This document shows, piece after piece, positions 12,791-27,367 of a stretch of 64,000 nt of DNA. Each line of letters begins with the position of its first letter. Position 1 is the stretch's first letter. The DNA is from Eledone cirrhosa (Eukaryota), in NCBI GenBank assembly GCA_964016885.1, contig OZ024755.1:620001-684000 (forward strand), read 5' to 3'. Below the pieces are notes generated by a model. That model searched no databases and was not told the origin of the DNA. It was given only the letters and a program-made list of their open reading frames with translations. Made by a program: the position numbers and the translations under genes.

Positions 12791-14426
12791 AACAATAAGC
12801 ATTATATAATTTAATACACACTATTTGCCTGTCAAATAAAATTACAGTCTTATATGTTTCTTGGTATCTATAGAGATAGTACAAATCTCTCTCCCCCTCC
12901 TCTCTCTTGTTCTCTCTCCCCCTCCTCTCTCTCTTGTTCTCTCTCTCCTGTGCTGCCATATTTACACTATAGTTGTAGATGCTTAGCCTCAGGTAAATCC
13001 TGATTGAATCCTGATAGATATACAAGCTGCAACCATCCTGTCTTTTATTCAAAAATAGTGCCATGATAAAATAGTCCCAGTTAACTCTGTAAAGTGGTAA
13101 TGCTGGTGTTATGATAAAACACTCCCAGTACACCCAGTACACTTTGTAAAGTGTTTGGCATTAGGAAAGAAGGCATTCAGCTGTAGAACCCATACCAATG
13201 AAATGGAATGTATGAAGAAGTCATGCCTCCTTGACCCATCTAGTTTTTGACCATCACAACTTATCCAACCCACGCTAGTATGGAGAGTGGATGTAAGGGA
13301 TGATGATGATGATGTTAGTATATCTAGATCTAAATTATGTCTGTGTGTGTATGTATATGTTTTCATTTACCAAATTTTACCACAAGACACCTAACATGCC
13401 ACACATTGTGACTCTGGTGTGAAGTGAACTCCCTAACTATACAACCAAGCCAGAAAAAGAAAAAAAAGGAAAAAAGACCCAACATAATTTGAAATATGAA
13501 AATTTAAATATATTAAAACTTAAAACTTTTAAAAACACCAATTATTTTTATTTTATTCTATTTTTTTAATTTTGTTTCATGATGTTTTCAAAATAAATTT
13601 ACTTATTTGAGAATTGCTAATATAAGTTTATAACTTTAGATTAGTCATTTAATTATATTTGCTTAAAAATCACTAACTTTATCAATTATATATATAACAT
13701 GAAGCATTTCAGTTTAAATTAAATATGTTGGAACAAAATATATAAAATACTGAACTCAAAAGCTTTCATTCAGGCGTGAAATACACAAATATGAACTTCA
13801 ACTAAAAATGTTTACATTATAAAAATTCAGCTAAATTCAAATATTACTTTTTAACTATATTTGCTACATATATTATATACATTATATATATCATATATTA
13901 CTTCTTACATCAGATAAACACACTGCAGAATCATACAGATTAAACTATATACTATTATATTTACATCATAATTTATGATTTTTCTACTCTGGCATGAGAT
14001 ATATACACTCAACATTTGATCTTTTTAGTCATTTATCAAATCATGTCTCCCTTATCTTCTCACTAACTCATGGCCAGTAACCTATTATGATTCCTTCTAC
14101 ATAAGCTATTAAACTCTTTCATAAACTATTTATTACATAATCTCATAGTCTTCAAATTTTCTATTTCAAGTAATATTTTGATGTGATGTTTGTAATTCTC
14201 AGTCATCTTTAAATTCAATTTATTTCGCAAGTTTCTATTAAATTGACTATATTAATATTTTTCTCTTAGGCCCTTGTTAATTTTCAGTTCTCTATATTGT
14301 AATTTTGCATATATATATATATATTTATATAAGTCCCGTAACTCCTGGGCGAGTAGTAGGGGCTCCACGTTGATAACTTAAACCTGTTTGATCAGTTGAT
14401 GGTACAGCTTTCATTACATTACTACT

Positions 14427-14545
14427 TAACCCTTTCACTATCAGATTTCTAATGAAAGACACTGCCTATAATTTTCAAGTCATGTTGAAAATAATCAAGA
14501 ATTTGAAGGGATTTGGTTCTTAAATAAAATTACAATTGAAAGTTT
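14427..14545. mobile_element. piggyBac-like MITE terminus (TTAA-CCCTTT); similar ends at ~11075-11224 (-), ~53105-53195 (-) and ~54031 (+)
   Basis: Recurrent TTAACCCTTT / AAAGGGTTAA termini with similar subterminal sequence, matching the piggyBac TTAA target and CCC start. Confidence 0.5.
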
Positions 14546-14799
14546 TAAGTTAAATACTAGACCACCCATGACCCATTGGGTCGCGTACGCTTAAAAATAT
14601 TTATTTTAAATCACGTTCACTTAAAAATGATTTTTAGATGATTAAGATATACACATATAATGTAAAATGAAATTAGTTTCTATAGCTAGATATCCTTCCT
14701 AACACCAACCACATTTACAGTGTGGACTGGGAATTTTTTGTCATGAGACCAACACTTTATAGTGTGGACTAGGTACTTTTTTTGTATATATATAACATG

Positions 14800-15148
14800 A
14801 TGGAGGCACATGGCTTAGTGGTTAGAGCATTGGCCTTGCAATCGAAAGGTTGTGAGTTCAATTCTCAGACCAGGTGATGTGTTGTTTCCTTGAGCAAGAC
14901 ACTTTATTTTACATTGCTCCAGTTTACTCAGCTGTAGAAACGAGATGATAGGGACTGGGTTCCTTATCATTCCACTGCAAAGTGGACGTGTAGGCGCCAC
15001 GGCAAAAAAGCACCCAGCACTCACTGTAAATGAGGTTGGTGTTAGGAAGGGCATCCAGCTGTAGAAATCAAGCCAGAATCAGTTCCCGTCCCACCCTTGC
15101 AAGCAGGGAAAAGCGGACGTAAAATGAAATGATGATGATGATGATGAT
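14800..15148 (+). mobile_element. tRNA-derived SINE (family B) with RTE-like 3' tail and (GAT)n end
   Basis: A-box TGGCTTAGTGG, B-box GAGTTCAATTC, core ccttgagcaagacacttta, 3' part matching the RTE 3' UTR (gttggtgttaggaagggcatccagc.gtagaaa). Related copies at ~16080-16280, 23600-23725 (-), 24077-24270, 27920-28040 (-), 48908-49062 and 59990-60083 (-). Confidence 0.8.
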
Positions 15149-15626
15149 AACATATATTTTGAATTGAAGTTGTGTAGTTCCAGTAGATATATCACACGTT
15201 TTTCATACCGTATTTTCATGAAAAGAAATGTGACCTATACATGAGTATGTATGGTATATATTGAACATATACTTGAGTATAAGACATATCTCCATTTTTA
15301 CATATAACATACCATAAATTGAGGTTTTGTAGGTCCAATAGAGAAGTCACATCTTCACATTACACACAATATTTACAGTGTACCATATATTTAAGGTCCA
15401 ATAGTTAAGTCACTGGTTTTTCAAGTTGTATTTTCAGCAGGACTTGAACTCAGAGTACATTGAGCCAGAACAAATACCACTAACAACTTTACCCAGTCAC
15501 TACCTTAATTATTAGTATTAACAGACACAAAGCCAGACTTTCACCTGCTGGGACCCTCAGCTATATGAATTTTAAGGCTCCTCTCTAAAAAAATATAATC
15601 ATTATTTTTTTATATTAATGTTAATG

Positions 15627-15679
<53 letters not shown>

Positions 15680-16784
15680 TCGATGGTTTAGTGTTAAAGA
15701 ATAAAAACTAATGAGGCCCCAAGGTTATGTGTGGCCCCAAGCTACAGCTTAAGCCTAGCACTGAACGGACAGTAAAAGATAATGAGATTTCCAAGAAGTT
15801 TATGAAGTAAAAACCAAATTAAAACAGTATAATATTCATCCAACTAGTAGAACTGTACACAAGCTGAAGGGGAAATCAGGAAAGAGAATGAAATAGTTTA
15901 GCCCTTGGCAATGGTTAACAATTTCATTACGATATTTCTAATAAAATACACTACCAATAACATTCTATAAGCTTTGGAAATAATCAAGAATTTGGAGGGA
16001 TTTTGTAATAGAACCAAGCTGTTGGTGAAATGTTTTTAGATAAATATAAACATTTTAAAACAAACAGCGTCCTGCATTGGGTTCTTGAGCAAAACATTTT
16101 ATTTCATGTTTCACCAGTACACTTAGCTGAGATTGAGTACCAGCAGTAGCTGGGGAGTTAATCCTATGATAGACTAGCCCCATATCCACGGAGAGTCTTG
16201 TACTCTCAGTTGTTTAGCACCAAGGAAACTGGGGATAAGCACTGGCTTGATGAGTCTTCAGCTTAGAACAGACTTTCACTAACTTAATCTAGTATCTTGG
16301 GACCAGGGGTGACTTCGGGTGGGGGTTGATATAAAGAATTGTCAATCAAATTTTCTTTTACTTACCTTGAAGCAACTTCAGCAACCATGGAGAGAGAAAG
16401 AGAGAAAATACTATAAATATTTGAATTAACAAACCTGTTTTTTTAGATAATTCTCTACTAAATCATTACATGATGTTAAAATTAATAAATTTTATTTATT
16501 AACTTCTTTTGGTGACATAATAATTAAAAATATTTTTTTTCTCTGGTAACAAAATATGTTTCTGAGAACATTTTGATTTAAAGCCAAAAGTTGAATAACT
16601 GGTGACTAGTCCACCATTGACGGTTATTGCAGGAACTTTTGATAAACCAAAAATATGTTTTATTACTAATGTATTAGTTATCTTGAGGGATGAGAGGTAA
16701 TAACTGTAAGTAGTTTTATATTACAAGAGAGAGATAACTGCAGCTTTATTGTATTTAATGTTCTCACTGAAATTATTTAGGTAT

Positions 16785-16955
16785 CACCATCATCATCACG
16801 ATCATTATCATGACCATCATCATCATCACTTTCATCATCATCACCGTCACCATTATTATGATCATCACCATTACTATCATCATTATCATCATTATCATCA
16901 CCATTACCATCATCATTATGATCATCACCATCACCATTATCATGTCATCATCATC
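16785..16955. repeat. (CAT/CAC)n microsatellite
   Basis: Degenerate trinucleotide run; source of the poly-His pseudo-ORF. Confidence 0.9.
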
Positions 16956-18799
16956 AAAATTGCTGGCCTTGTGCCTAAACCAGAAACCATTATTAGCACA
17001 AATATTTTCAGTCTACAGAAAAAGTGTAAAAGAAAAAAATGTTTGACTGTAGATTCTTCAATTTCACCTTGTCACTACAAGATAAGAAACAGTTTTTATC
17101 AAAGAAATTTATTTGTTGCTAAGAGCTTATTTAATTATAAATCATCTTTCTTTTATCAATTTTTCAAGAAAATATTAGTTCATTTAATTCCAAACTTCCT
17201 TTCTTCCCAACTACAGCATGTCTTTAGAGAATTTTTCAGTATTTCAAATCTACTGTGGCATTTAGAATGTTTTAGGGGGAGCCAAGACATTGATAATGAA
17301 AATTTTGTTTATTGTTGGTGATAACTTGCTTTACTGAAGTATCAGGTGATGCTTGTGAGGGTGTTTGGCTATTCCAGCACCTTAGCCATGCTATCATCCA
17401 CAGCAATATTGTGGAGGTCTTAGCTTACCTCCCAATATTTTTTCTTTTAGAGAAACACCAGCATTCCTTGTTTTAGCAGATAATTGAGTGTATATCTCTC
17501 CTTTTATTTATTTGTTTCTTTTGTAAATCATGATTATCATAGAATTTTGTCTCACTATCATGCTACCATAGTGTGGGTTGGTCCCCCCCCCCCCCCGACA
17601 TGGCACTTGAATGGCATTCTCAGAAGGAAACTTGAAACAGCCAGATTCTTGTTTTAACTGGAGCCAGCTGGCCTCATCTGTGGTGATGGTAAGTGCCTCG
17701 ATGGAATAACTCAGAGTTCAAGTCCTGCTGAGGTCAATTATAAAAGGATGGAAGACAAAGTTGACCTTAGTTGGATTAGAACTCAGAGCACAGAAGGTCA
17801 GTGCAAATATCAGGACATTCACTGCAACGCTCTAATGATTCTACCAATTTGTCTACCAGAGCATTCCCACTGATGATCAAACAACTTTGTTAGTATATCT
17901 ACCAAAGCATTCACTCTGATGTTCTAACAACTCTATCAATTTGTTGCCTAACACAATATATTGAACACAATAACAATTCTTCGTATTTCATCCACACATA
18001 TATATATTTACACCACTTATTAGCTTTCATTACTTCAAAAGACTCATTAGTTACATTCATCTAGCTCCTGGTTTTCCCCATCTTCATACTCCAGTATACA
18101 AAGTATTTGAAAGTTACTCAAGATTTTTCCTCTGAATAAGATCAGAAGGGTTTCTCAATAGATGAAATTACTTCATTAAAACCCCAAATAATTGGTTTTA
18201 TTCAATATGAATATGTATGATCACATCTTATTGTATTTCGATATAAAGCTTCCCCAATTTCATTGTATTTCGATATAAAGTGTTCTCATCTCATTGTATC
18301 TAAATATATAGCATCTCATCCCATTCTACTATTTCTATCATTGTCAAGTCACCTCATATGTTCTTCTCCTAGTTAATGTCCATTTATGTTTTACTATTAT
18401 TTAGCTTTGTCAATTTAAACAGGATCATTCTAACAGGATCATTCGTTTGTCCTTTAATCTATTATTCCAATTTTTCTTCTGTATTGAACTTGCATTTAAT
18501 TGAAATTGAAAAATGTCGGCAACTGAATGGAGCGTATTGATATAGATCAGTAAATTTAAGCTTTTAATAAAATCAGCTATTATTAAGGATCAAAATATAT
18601 TTGAGATTCTTCCCCAACAAAAGCTATTTTGGGTTTCCTTTTCTATATTGTCCATAATAGCGTTACCAGAGATAATTTGGAAAATTGTTAGGTTCAACAT
18701 TTGTTGCTTAAAAGAGCTGATATTCGATATTTGGGGAATTTTTTGGAGGAAAAAATATAGGATATTATCCTTTTCAGGATAAAGCTGAGTTTGCAATTT

Positions 18800-19030
18800 C
18801 ATCACCACCACCACCACCACCAGTGTTCTTGTTGTTATAGGCTGGTGGCAGTGGTGGTAGTGGTGACAATGATAGTGATGGTGGTGTTGAAGATGGTGGT
18901 GGTGGTGGTGGTAGTGGTGATGATGATGATGGTGGTAGAGGTGATGATGATGGTAGTGATGATGATGGTGGTGGTGATGATGATGGTGTTGGTAGTGGTG
19001 GTGTTGGTGGTTGTGATGATGATGATGATG
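18800..19030. repeat. (GGT/GAT)n microsatellite
   Basis: Degenerate trinucleotide run. Confidence 0.9.
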
Positions 19031-19227
19031 AAACCTGTTGATTAGATATATTACCTGTGAGCACTCAAATGCCATGTGTTTAGTAGAACTTAATTTAATG
19101 AAATATTTCTTATCGTTTAAGTCGTTAGAGAAGTGTTGCTTTAGAATATTAATCAATCTAATTGTTCAGATAATTACAATGATTATATTTCTGGTAATTC
19201 TCAAATTACTCCTTCTTTTCAAGAATT

Positions 19228-19430
19228 AATGGTATATATAGAATGGTAGTGTATATAGGATGGTATATATAGGATGGTATATATAGAATGGCAGTGTATA
19301 TAGGATGACGGTGTATATAGGATGATGGTATATATATAGGATGACAGTGTATATAGGATGATGGTATATATAAGATGGTATATATAGGATGACAGTATAT
19401 ATAGGATGATGGTATATACAGGATGATGGT
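19228..19430. repeat. Short-unit minisatellite (GGTATATATAGGATGAT-like, 14-19 bp)
   Basis: About a dozen degenerate tandem units. Confidence 0.8.
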
Positions 19431-20087
19431 TTATTTTTCAACATAGTCCCTAGAAATAAACAATGCAATTATTAATAAGAAAAGTTGAAATTAATGCATG
19501 CAAGATTTAACAGCTCTAGCATCACTCCTTGATATACATTTTTCAGCCAACCCTTTTACATATCAAACTTTAAAAAAATATGTGTTGGTGTCAGAAAGTG
19601 CAAGAAACCATAGAAAACCTGCCCCCCAAAGTATTGTCTTAATTCATGGGGGAGGGGGGAACAGACACATTCAAGCATGGCAAAATGGATGTAATGATGA
19701 TGATGAAAATGATGATGATATTTTCAGTGACAAATCTTCATATTCCAACAAGGTTTTACTCAATGAATTGATGCAAAATTAAACAGCTATTCCATGCATG
19801 GTCTATCTATTGTTCCATGAAAAATATTCCGTTTCATTCCTGACTACGATGTTCATGGTTATCTAAATATTTTTGTCAAACCAAAATACTCCCAATAGCT
19901 TGGTAATCAATCAAAGCTATCTTTTCTCTAGAAATTTATCTTCTGCTTCATTAGACATCTCTTTTTCCTTGAATTGCTTTTCTGAATCTCACAAACTAAT
20001 TGTATATTTTAATGAAATCTTTTCTAAACTCAACAATTACATTTGCCAGACGTCAATTCAAACATTTTCCAAATGAAAATTTGAAGC

Positions 20088-22902
20088 ATCATCATCATCA
20101 TCATCTTTGTTTAACGTCCATTTTCCACGCTAGCATGGGTTAGACGGGAGTTGTCCCGCTTGAGGCAAGGCTGGTCGGCTGACCGTGTCTCGCTCATATA
20201 GGACTATCTGGCAGGTTTTCTACGGCTGGATGCCCTTCCTAACACCAACCACATTTACAGTGTGGAACTGGGAACTTTTTACCGTGTTACCTACACGGCC
20301 ACATTACAGCGTGGACTGTGTGTGTTTTTTGTCGTGACACCTACACGATCTTGATCTCATTTTCTCGTGCTGTTGGTGAGACTGGGAGGATAGGGTAGGG
20401 GTAGTGGATTGGGGTGTATATTTGGTCAAGAGGTGCCTACTGACTGTAGGTTTCGCTTTGTACATAGGCAAGGCGGGTCTTCTGTATTACTGCATAGCAC
20501 CAAAGATCTCGGTCCAGAGACATTGTCTTAGAGAGATGTAAGTGTGTGAGGTCGGAATTTATCAGATCATCCCAGGTTTTTCTGCGTCTACCTACTCCGT
20601 AACTACCATCAATTTTGATCGCCCTACACTTTTTTATGCAGCTGTCGTCTTTCATGCGCATCACGTGACCCTACCAACGTAGTCTTCTCTCAAGTAAACA
20701 GCATCTGATCCTTCTTATTCCTAATTTCTCACTTAGTTCACTTATGCTTTGCCATCCACGTATATTACTATTACACATCCAATGGAGCATGCATGCTTTG
20801 TTCCTTTCCAGTCTATGCAGGTCCTCTGCACGTAATGCCCATGATTCACTGCCATGAAGCATTGCTGTTCGTATACAGGCATCATACAATCTGCCTTTCA
20901 TTTTTAGAGAGAAACCTTTTGTGGCCAACAGCGGTATAAGCTCTCTGAACCTTTTCCATCCCGTTCTGACTCTGGCAACTGTACTTTCAGAACACCCTCC
21001 ACCACTGCTGATTTCGTCACCCAGGTAACGGAAAGTGTCTACTATTTCTATAGAACCATCTGGGCAATAGAAGGAGCTAGTATCCTTTGGACACTTGCTA
21101 CTTATTGCACCTGAGCATTGGCCACATATAAAGTCTATGTTCTTAGATAGTTTACCTGTGATCCCACTACATCTTTTATGTACCCATACTTTGCATTTGG
21201 GACATAAAATGGAATTTCTGCCTACTCCTTTCCTACACACTGAGCATGGCCATTTCTCTGAGGGCACCTGTGCCCTATTTTCCTTTCTATAAACTAGAAC
21301 TTTAGTCTTAGACAAGTTAACTTTAAGGCCTTTTGATTCTAGGCCATGCTTCCATGTTTGGAATTTCTTCTCTAGTTCAGCCATTGATTCAGCTATGAGC
21401 ATTAGATCATCTGCGTATAGGAGTTCCCATGGGCAGCCGGTCTTGAACTCCTCTGTTATAACCTGAAGGGCAATAATAAATAAGAGGGGGCTAAGGACAG
21501 AGCCTTGATGAACGCCAAATTTTACACTAAATTCTTCACAATATTCATTGTTAATTCTAACCTTACTGACTGTTTCATTATACATAGCTTGTATAGCTCT
21601 CACAAGCCATTCATCTACACCTAGTTTTCTGAGAGCCCACCAGATAATGGAGAGGGGGACTCTGTCAAAAGCTTTCTCCAGGTCTACAAAAGCTAAGTAT
21701 AGGAGTTTACTTTTAGCTAGGTACTTCTCTTGTAGTTGTCATACAAGGAAAAGAGCATCTGTGGTACTTTTACCTGACACAAACCCAAACTGCATTTTAT
21801 CTAGATCAATTCGCTCTCTGATTAGTTGCGCTATAACTCTTTCTGTGACCTTCATGACCTGGTCAACTAACTTAATGCCTCTATAGTTTCCCCTATCTAG
21901 AGCATCCCCTTTACCCTTGTAGCAGTTAATGATGATGCTGCTACGCCAGTCTTTCGGTATGACCCCATTCTGTATTACTTGGTTAACTATACGGGTGACC
22001 ATAGTGTGTCCCACCATACCAGACGCCTTCAACATCTCAGCAACTATCTCCGAAGGCCCAGCTGCCTTGCCTGTCTTCATATCTTTGATTGCCTTACTTA
22101 TTATACTACCTTTAACTTGCACCGCTGGTCCTTCTATTGGATCGATTTGGGGCAGACTATCTTTTTTCCATTTATTCTCCTCATTTAATAGTCTCTCGTA
22201 GTGATACTTCCAGGCTATCTTCTTATCAGTATCAGTGAATGCAAGTACACCATTATCATTACGGACACACTTCTCCCCGACAATATCCCGGTTTTCCTTG
22301 CCACATTGTCTAGCAATCCTGAACACCTCACGTGTTTGGTCCTCACGTTGTAGAACATGCTTGAACTTTCTATCCTCTGCTACCCTTTTTGCAAGGTACA
22401 CTTGTCTCCTAGCTTCTCTCCTGGCCACGTGATAGAGCTCTCTACTTCCCCCATCCTGCCATACTTTCCAAGCCTGCTTTTTGGCCTTGATTGTCTCTTC
22501 CATCTTACTGTTCCACCACCAAGTTACTCTCCTCCTGCCAGTAGGTCTGCTCCAGCCACAGATTTCATCCGTTGCTTTCAGCAGGTTCACTTTCAAGAAT
22601 TGCCACTGTTCCTCTATATTGCACGTCTCTAATTTCTCTTCCTTATTGTCAAAGGCATCAAGTAATAGGCTTTTAAATTTGTCACTGGCTATGGGGTCCT
22701 TCAACTTCCATATTCTTCTCCTCAAAGTAGGCCTCCTCTGTCGTCGAGTACGTCTATTCCTGACTATGAGGTCACTAACTACTAGGCTATGTTGGGAGGT
22801 GCATTCTTCACGGGGGAGGGATTTAGTGTTTACAACAGACATTTTGTCCCATCTTCTAGTAAGGATATAATCTATCTGGCAGCATATAAGTTGCTTTCTC
22901 AT
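20088..22902 (-). mobile_element. RTE-clade LINE, 5'-truncated, with 3' UTR and (GAT)n tail
   Basis: ORFs 21739-22902, 20671-21603 and 20437-20664 share one frame broken by two stops. They encode the endonuclease C-terminus (QIDYIL...SQH.LV), RT motifs (NYRGIKL, QFGF, FVDLEKAFD, GVHQGSVLSP, YADD, FRYLG) and an RTE-type C-terminus (RRLRW.GHVMR, GRRRKTW). Confidence 0.95.
20437..22902 (-). pseudogene. RTE ORF (APE remnant, reverse transcriptase, PHD finger) with two in-frame nonsense mutations
   Basis: Stops at 21739-21741 (TGA) and 20671-20673 (TAG); no frameshift is needed to join the three ORFs. Confidence 0.9.
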
Positions 22903-25900
22903 ATGATAATGATTAATTTTTTAGGAAGACATTTTTGCTTTTCATACAAATCAGATTTCATTTTAACTTTCTATATTTTTATATTTATCCATTGTATTAA
23001 AAGAATTGTATGTATGATATATATATATATATATTCAAATATAAGCTGATCCAAATATAAACAGACCTCCCTATATTATGCCTGAGAAATAGGTGAAAAT
23101 CCAAACCATGTTTATAAATCAAGGCAGCTAATCAACACATTGTTTAGATGATATGTATAAACAAACCTCCCGTTTTACCATCAATTTTTTGGTCACATAT
23201 TCCTCGGCTTATATTCAAGAATATACAATATTTAATCTTTAAGCATCATTAGTTTAAAAGCCACCACGAGGCCCTTGAGTATTGCAAATATTTTGGCTAA
23301 GTTGAAGGAAAAAAAAAAATCTCTTCTTTTTACTAGTCACAGAGGTACTAAAAAAAGACCAAACTAGTCACCATGGTTGGTAGTGTGTGGTGTGAGTGGG
23401 GACACTACATTACACTGCCTCCCCCCCCCCCCCAACAAGGGTCCCTCAGAGGAAGAGGAATAAGAGTTAAGGAATTGATAAAAAAGATCCCAATCCTCAT
23501 TTGCTGACCAAGTGAGGTGGAACTCATCAAATCAGACCAAGGAAACAATGTTTCCATTGGTCTTTCCATTAGTGATACTATCTACTAGTCACAACTCCTG
23601 GTAGAAGGAACAACGTGAAATAAAGAGTCTTGTTCAAGGACATAACACATTAGCCAGACTAGGAATCACACTCACAACCTCACAACTGTGAACCCAATTC
23701 TCTAACCACTAAGCCATACACCTTCACTTAATAGTTAAGACAAGTTATTAACAATTTTCAGTAACCTAGTATGATATATTTTTAGTCACTGCATCTGTTT
23801 TGTAAAATCTGAATCAATATTATTAGATATCAAATATATATGATGAAACTGTGTTGATAGGTGATAATGTATCAATAATATAAAATACAACAAGGTATGT
23901 AATTTAAACTGTTGTCATGACAATCACTGATCAGTCACCTGCCAAACAAGTACAGTTGGATAATGTGTGTGAAGGGCTGTGTCTGTGAGTATGAAGGTAT
24001 GTTTGTGTGTCACTGTCTGTATCTGTATGTTAGTGTGAATTTGTATGTGTATGTCAGCGTGTGTTTGTATGTGTGTGGCTCAGTGGTTATGTTGTTTGAT
24101 TAATTAAGGTTGTTGAGTTTGGTTCAAAGTGGTACATGGTGACCTTGAGCAAGACACTTTATTTCACATTGCTACAGTTCAATCAGCTGAAAAAAAAGAA
24201 ATTGTTCCTTAATTCAAAGGGAAGCCGTGTCCCATATTGTGTCACTGTGAATCTCCCTGAGAATTATGATAAATTTGAAGTGCAAGCAGGGTCCACCCAG
24301 GCTCAGTCCACTTCTCTTTATCAATAATTGTCCTTCAGGCCTCATTGAGGAGTTTAAAACTGGCACCCCATATGAACTCCTATATGCTGATAACCTAGTG
24401 TTTATACTTGAATTCATAGAAAAGAGTTAAAGGCAAACTTTCAACCATGGAAGAAGATTCTTCTTTCTGGCAAGTAACATTCTTCCATATTGAAATATTG
24501 TTACTATAAGGTAACAAAACACTTGTTAAATATATAGTGCCACTGCCACTGTTGCTGCTGTTTTACACAACTTTGTGTCACCTATATAAGGTTGGGTGAA
24601 TTTCTCAAATCAAAACACCTGAATTATATATACATTTATTTTTCCTGGCTGTCAACATATAATTGGGAAGTTTACTAGAAAAAAATAACAACTCAACAAG
24701 AAAAACGAATCTTAAACTGATTAGCTTGATTAAAAGAGAATTTACTCCAAGTTTTTTAAATCATAATAAAAAAAATATAGTTTTTTTACCTTCTCTTTGA
24801 ATAAAGTTATTTGATAATAAAATGTTTTGTCTTTAGAGAAAATAATCTACAGAAAATCTGGATAGCTGAATAGGATAAATCAGAAAAGAGAGTCAAGGAG
24901 ACAACAAACAAATACCCCCACCTCATTCCCGCCAACAACAAAAAAACACCAAAAAAGCAAAAATAACAAAAAACAGTTGTAATTTCATTCTTACGCAATG
25001 AGATATCACAAAAGAAACCAATAATTTTCCAAAACAACAACAAACATTAATTGAGAGAGATGAACTATAGTCTTCTCACTCTGGTTGATTTCCTTTTTAT
25101 TATTATTGTTATTATTTTTTTTATTATTGTTTCTATTATTTTTATTTTTTTCTCCTTCCTGAAAAATAAACAGCATCGAAATGCCTCAATCATGGAAGAT
25201 TTTCTTTAGAGAAAGAAAACAAACGAAAGGCAGTAAAAAAAAAAACCAAACAAAAACCTCCACCCATTTGAGAAATGAATTTCTATTTGCATCGTTTGCT
25301 TCTTAAAGTCTTTTTTGTTGTTGTTTTTTTTCCTGACAGTAATAGATATTGATTGTTTATTTTAATTTCATAGCCATATTAGAAATGTCTTCTATCAAGT
25401 CCTGCCTCATCCTTTTCATCTACAATTGCTTTTTTCTTTCTTCTACTTGTCAAAAATGATGACATATCATTAGAACTAGATTGCTTATCTCTTGTAAACA
25501 TGTTTTTATTTATCTCTTCTTCTTCTTCTTCTTCTTTTCTTCTTCTTCTCTTAATTTCTGAAGCAATTGAAAGAGTAAGTTGCGCTTTAGTTTCTTTCAG
25601 AACGAGTAACGTTAATGTTTTCATCTCATTCAGAAAGAAATCACAAGTAATTGTTTTTCTGTTTCAGTAATGGTATTGAGATTAAAAATATTTCTACAAA
25701 AGGAGATCGTTTGCTCCGGAATTGGTGAGATCAAACTCTCTTTGTAAGAGAAGACGTAACCGTTATCATTTTATCCTCTTAACAGAACCAACTGCTATCG
25801 CTTGTCACTGCGCTCTACTGATTAATACCAGACAACACTTTCTTCGTTCTTTTCACTTGATTTCTTTCTGTTTTTCCATTTTCTTAATGTTAACTGGCCA

Positions 25901-26030
25901 TTTCTTAAGTTGTCTGCCACTGTTTCTCTCTTTCCCTGGGAATCTCTTCTTACAAGATGGTTTTAGTGAGTTCTTGTGTTATAATATAATATAATATATA
26001 TATATATGTATATATATAAAACGGTGATGA

Positions 26031-26084
<54 letters not shown>

Positions 26085-27292
26085 GCCATTTACATTGATA
26101 AGAAATAGCTGGTGAAATTACTTTCGTATGGAATGAGTGTTGGCATTGGAGTAAAGAAGAAAAAAAAAAGCCTTTGGTAAAATGAAGCTAGCCAAATATT
26201 TTGATCCAATGTTGGCATATCAAAAGGGGCAAATTATTATACAAACAGAAAACAGATTGATCTTGTATTTCTTATATTGATTTCTGTACATTGGAACCAA
26301 AAGGATTAAAATGGCTACACTGAATTTATTTTTCTAGAAGTTAATCTTATTTCATCAGTTGTAGGAGCCTGGATTATCCAGAAAAAAAGGAACTATTTCA
26401 ATGAAGGAACCTTGGAGTATTAAATGGATTTTTGTGTGGATTACACGGGAAATAGAGTTACAACATGTTCAGCCATAAAAAAATAGGGTTTTATCCTTCA
26501 AAAGAACATGGACTTCATTGGGGATTGTAATTCATTGAATAACAACAGGAAATAACATTAAATAAATGTCCACTGTTGGAAATATTATTACATATTGACT
26601 GTTTAAATAAAACACAATAATAAACAAATTTTATTGTTGGTTTCTGGATATCTAGCTGGCTTCAGTACTGACTTTGTCAATGTAAATTTGTCCAACTTTT
26701 ATTAGTAGGGAAACTGGATGTTAAACAACAGTGATGATGATGAGGATATAGAGTTAATACACATACATTTCAGCCATGATATATAAATAAAACCCATGGT
26801 TAAACCACAGGCCTATAATTTGAAGGATGTACCTTAGAACATTTTACCTTTTCCCTTTTTTTTTTATAGTGGATAGACTTGTTTAAACTGACTACAGAAG
26901 CAGTGAAGTTTTTATAGCAACTGTAGCTCTCCTCAATGTTATTTCTAGTAAAGTAAAGATATTATGATATCTATGATCTATGTAGAAATGCTTATTTATA
27001 AGGTTTAAGAAAAGTGAGATAACTACATTAAAACAGACATTTAAACTATAGGAATTGAAGCAAACCAAAACCAAATCCCACCTTATTGCCTCCTTAAAAA
27101 GAACATTCCAATATATAGAATCTGGTGAATATTTCAGTTCAAGTGGGAAACTTCACCTTAATTCTCCATATTTCAATATGTAGTTATTTTCATATCTTGT
27201 ATTTATTGACTTCTCTTGTAAAAATACCACAAAACTATATCTAAAGTATATCTTTATGTATTCTGAGAAATATTTCTAGATCTCTCTGTCTT

Positions 27293-27360
<68 letters not shown>

Positions 27361-27367
27361 AGAGAGA

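Noticed and set aside
14806-14880. tRNA gene (and similar heads at 5273, 32832, 43519, 60683)
   Set aside because: A/B boxes are present but the cloverleaf is incomplete and runs into SINE body sequence.
19720-20085. Possible ancient transposase remnant beside the RTE tail
   Set aside because: Multiple stops and no motif I could identify.
25379-25624. 81-aa ORF with KRRRRKEEEEEEE
   Set aside because: Driven by a (GAA)n repeat; no recognisable family or exon structure.
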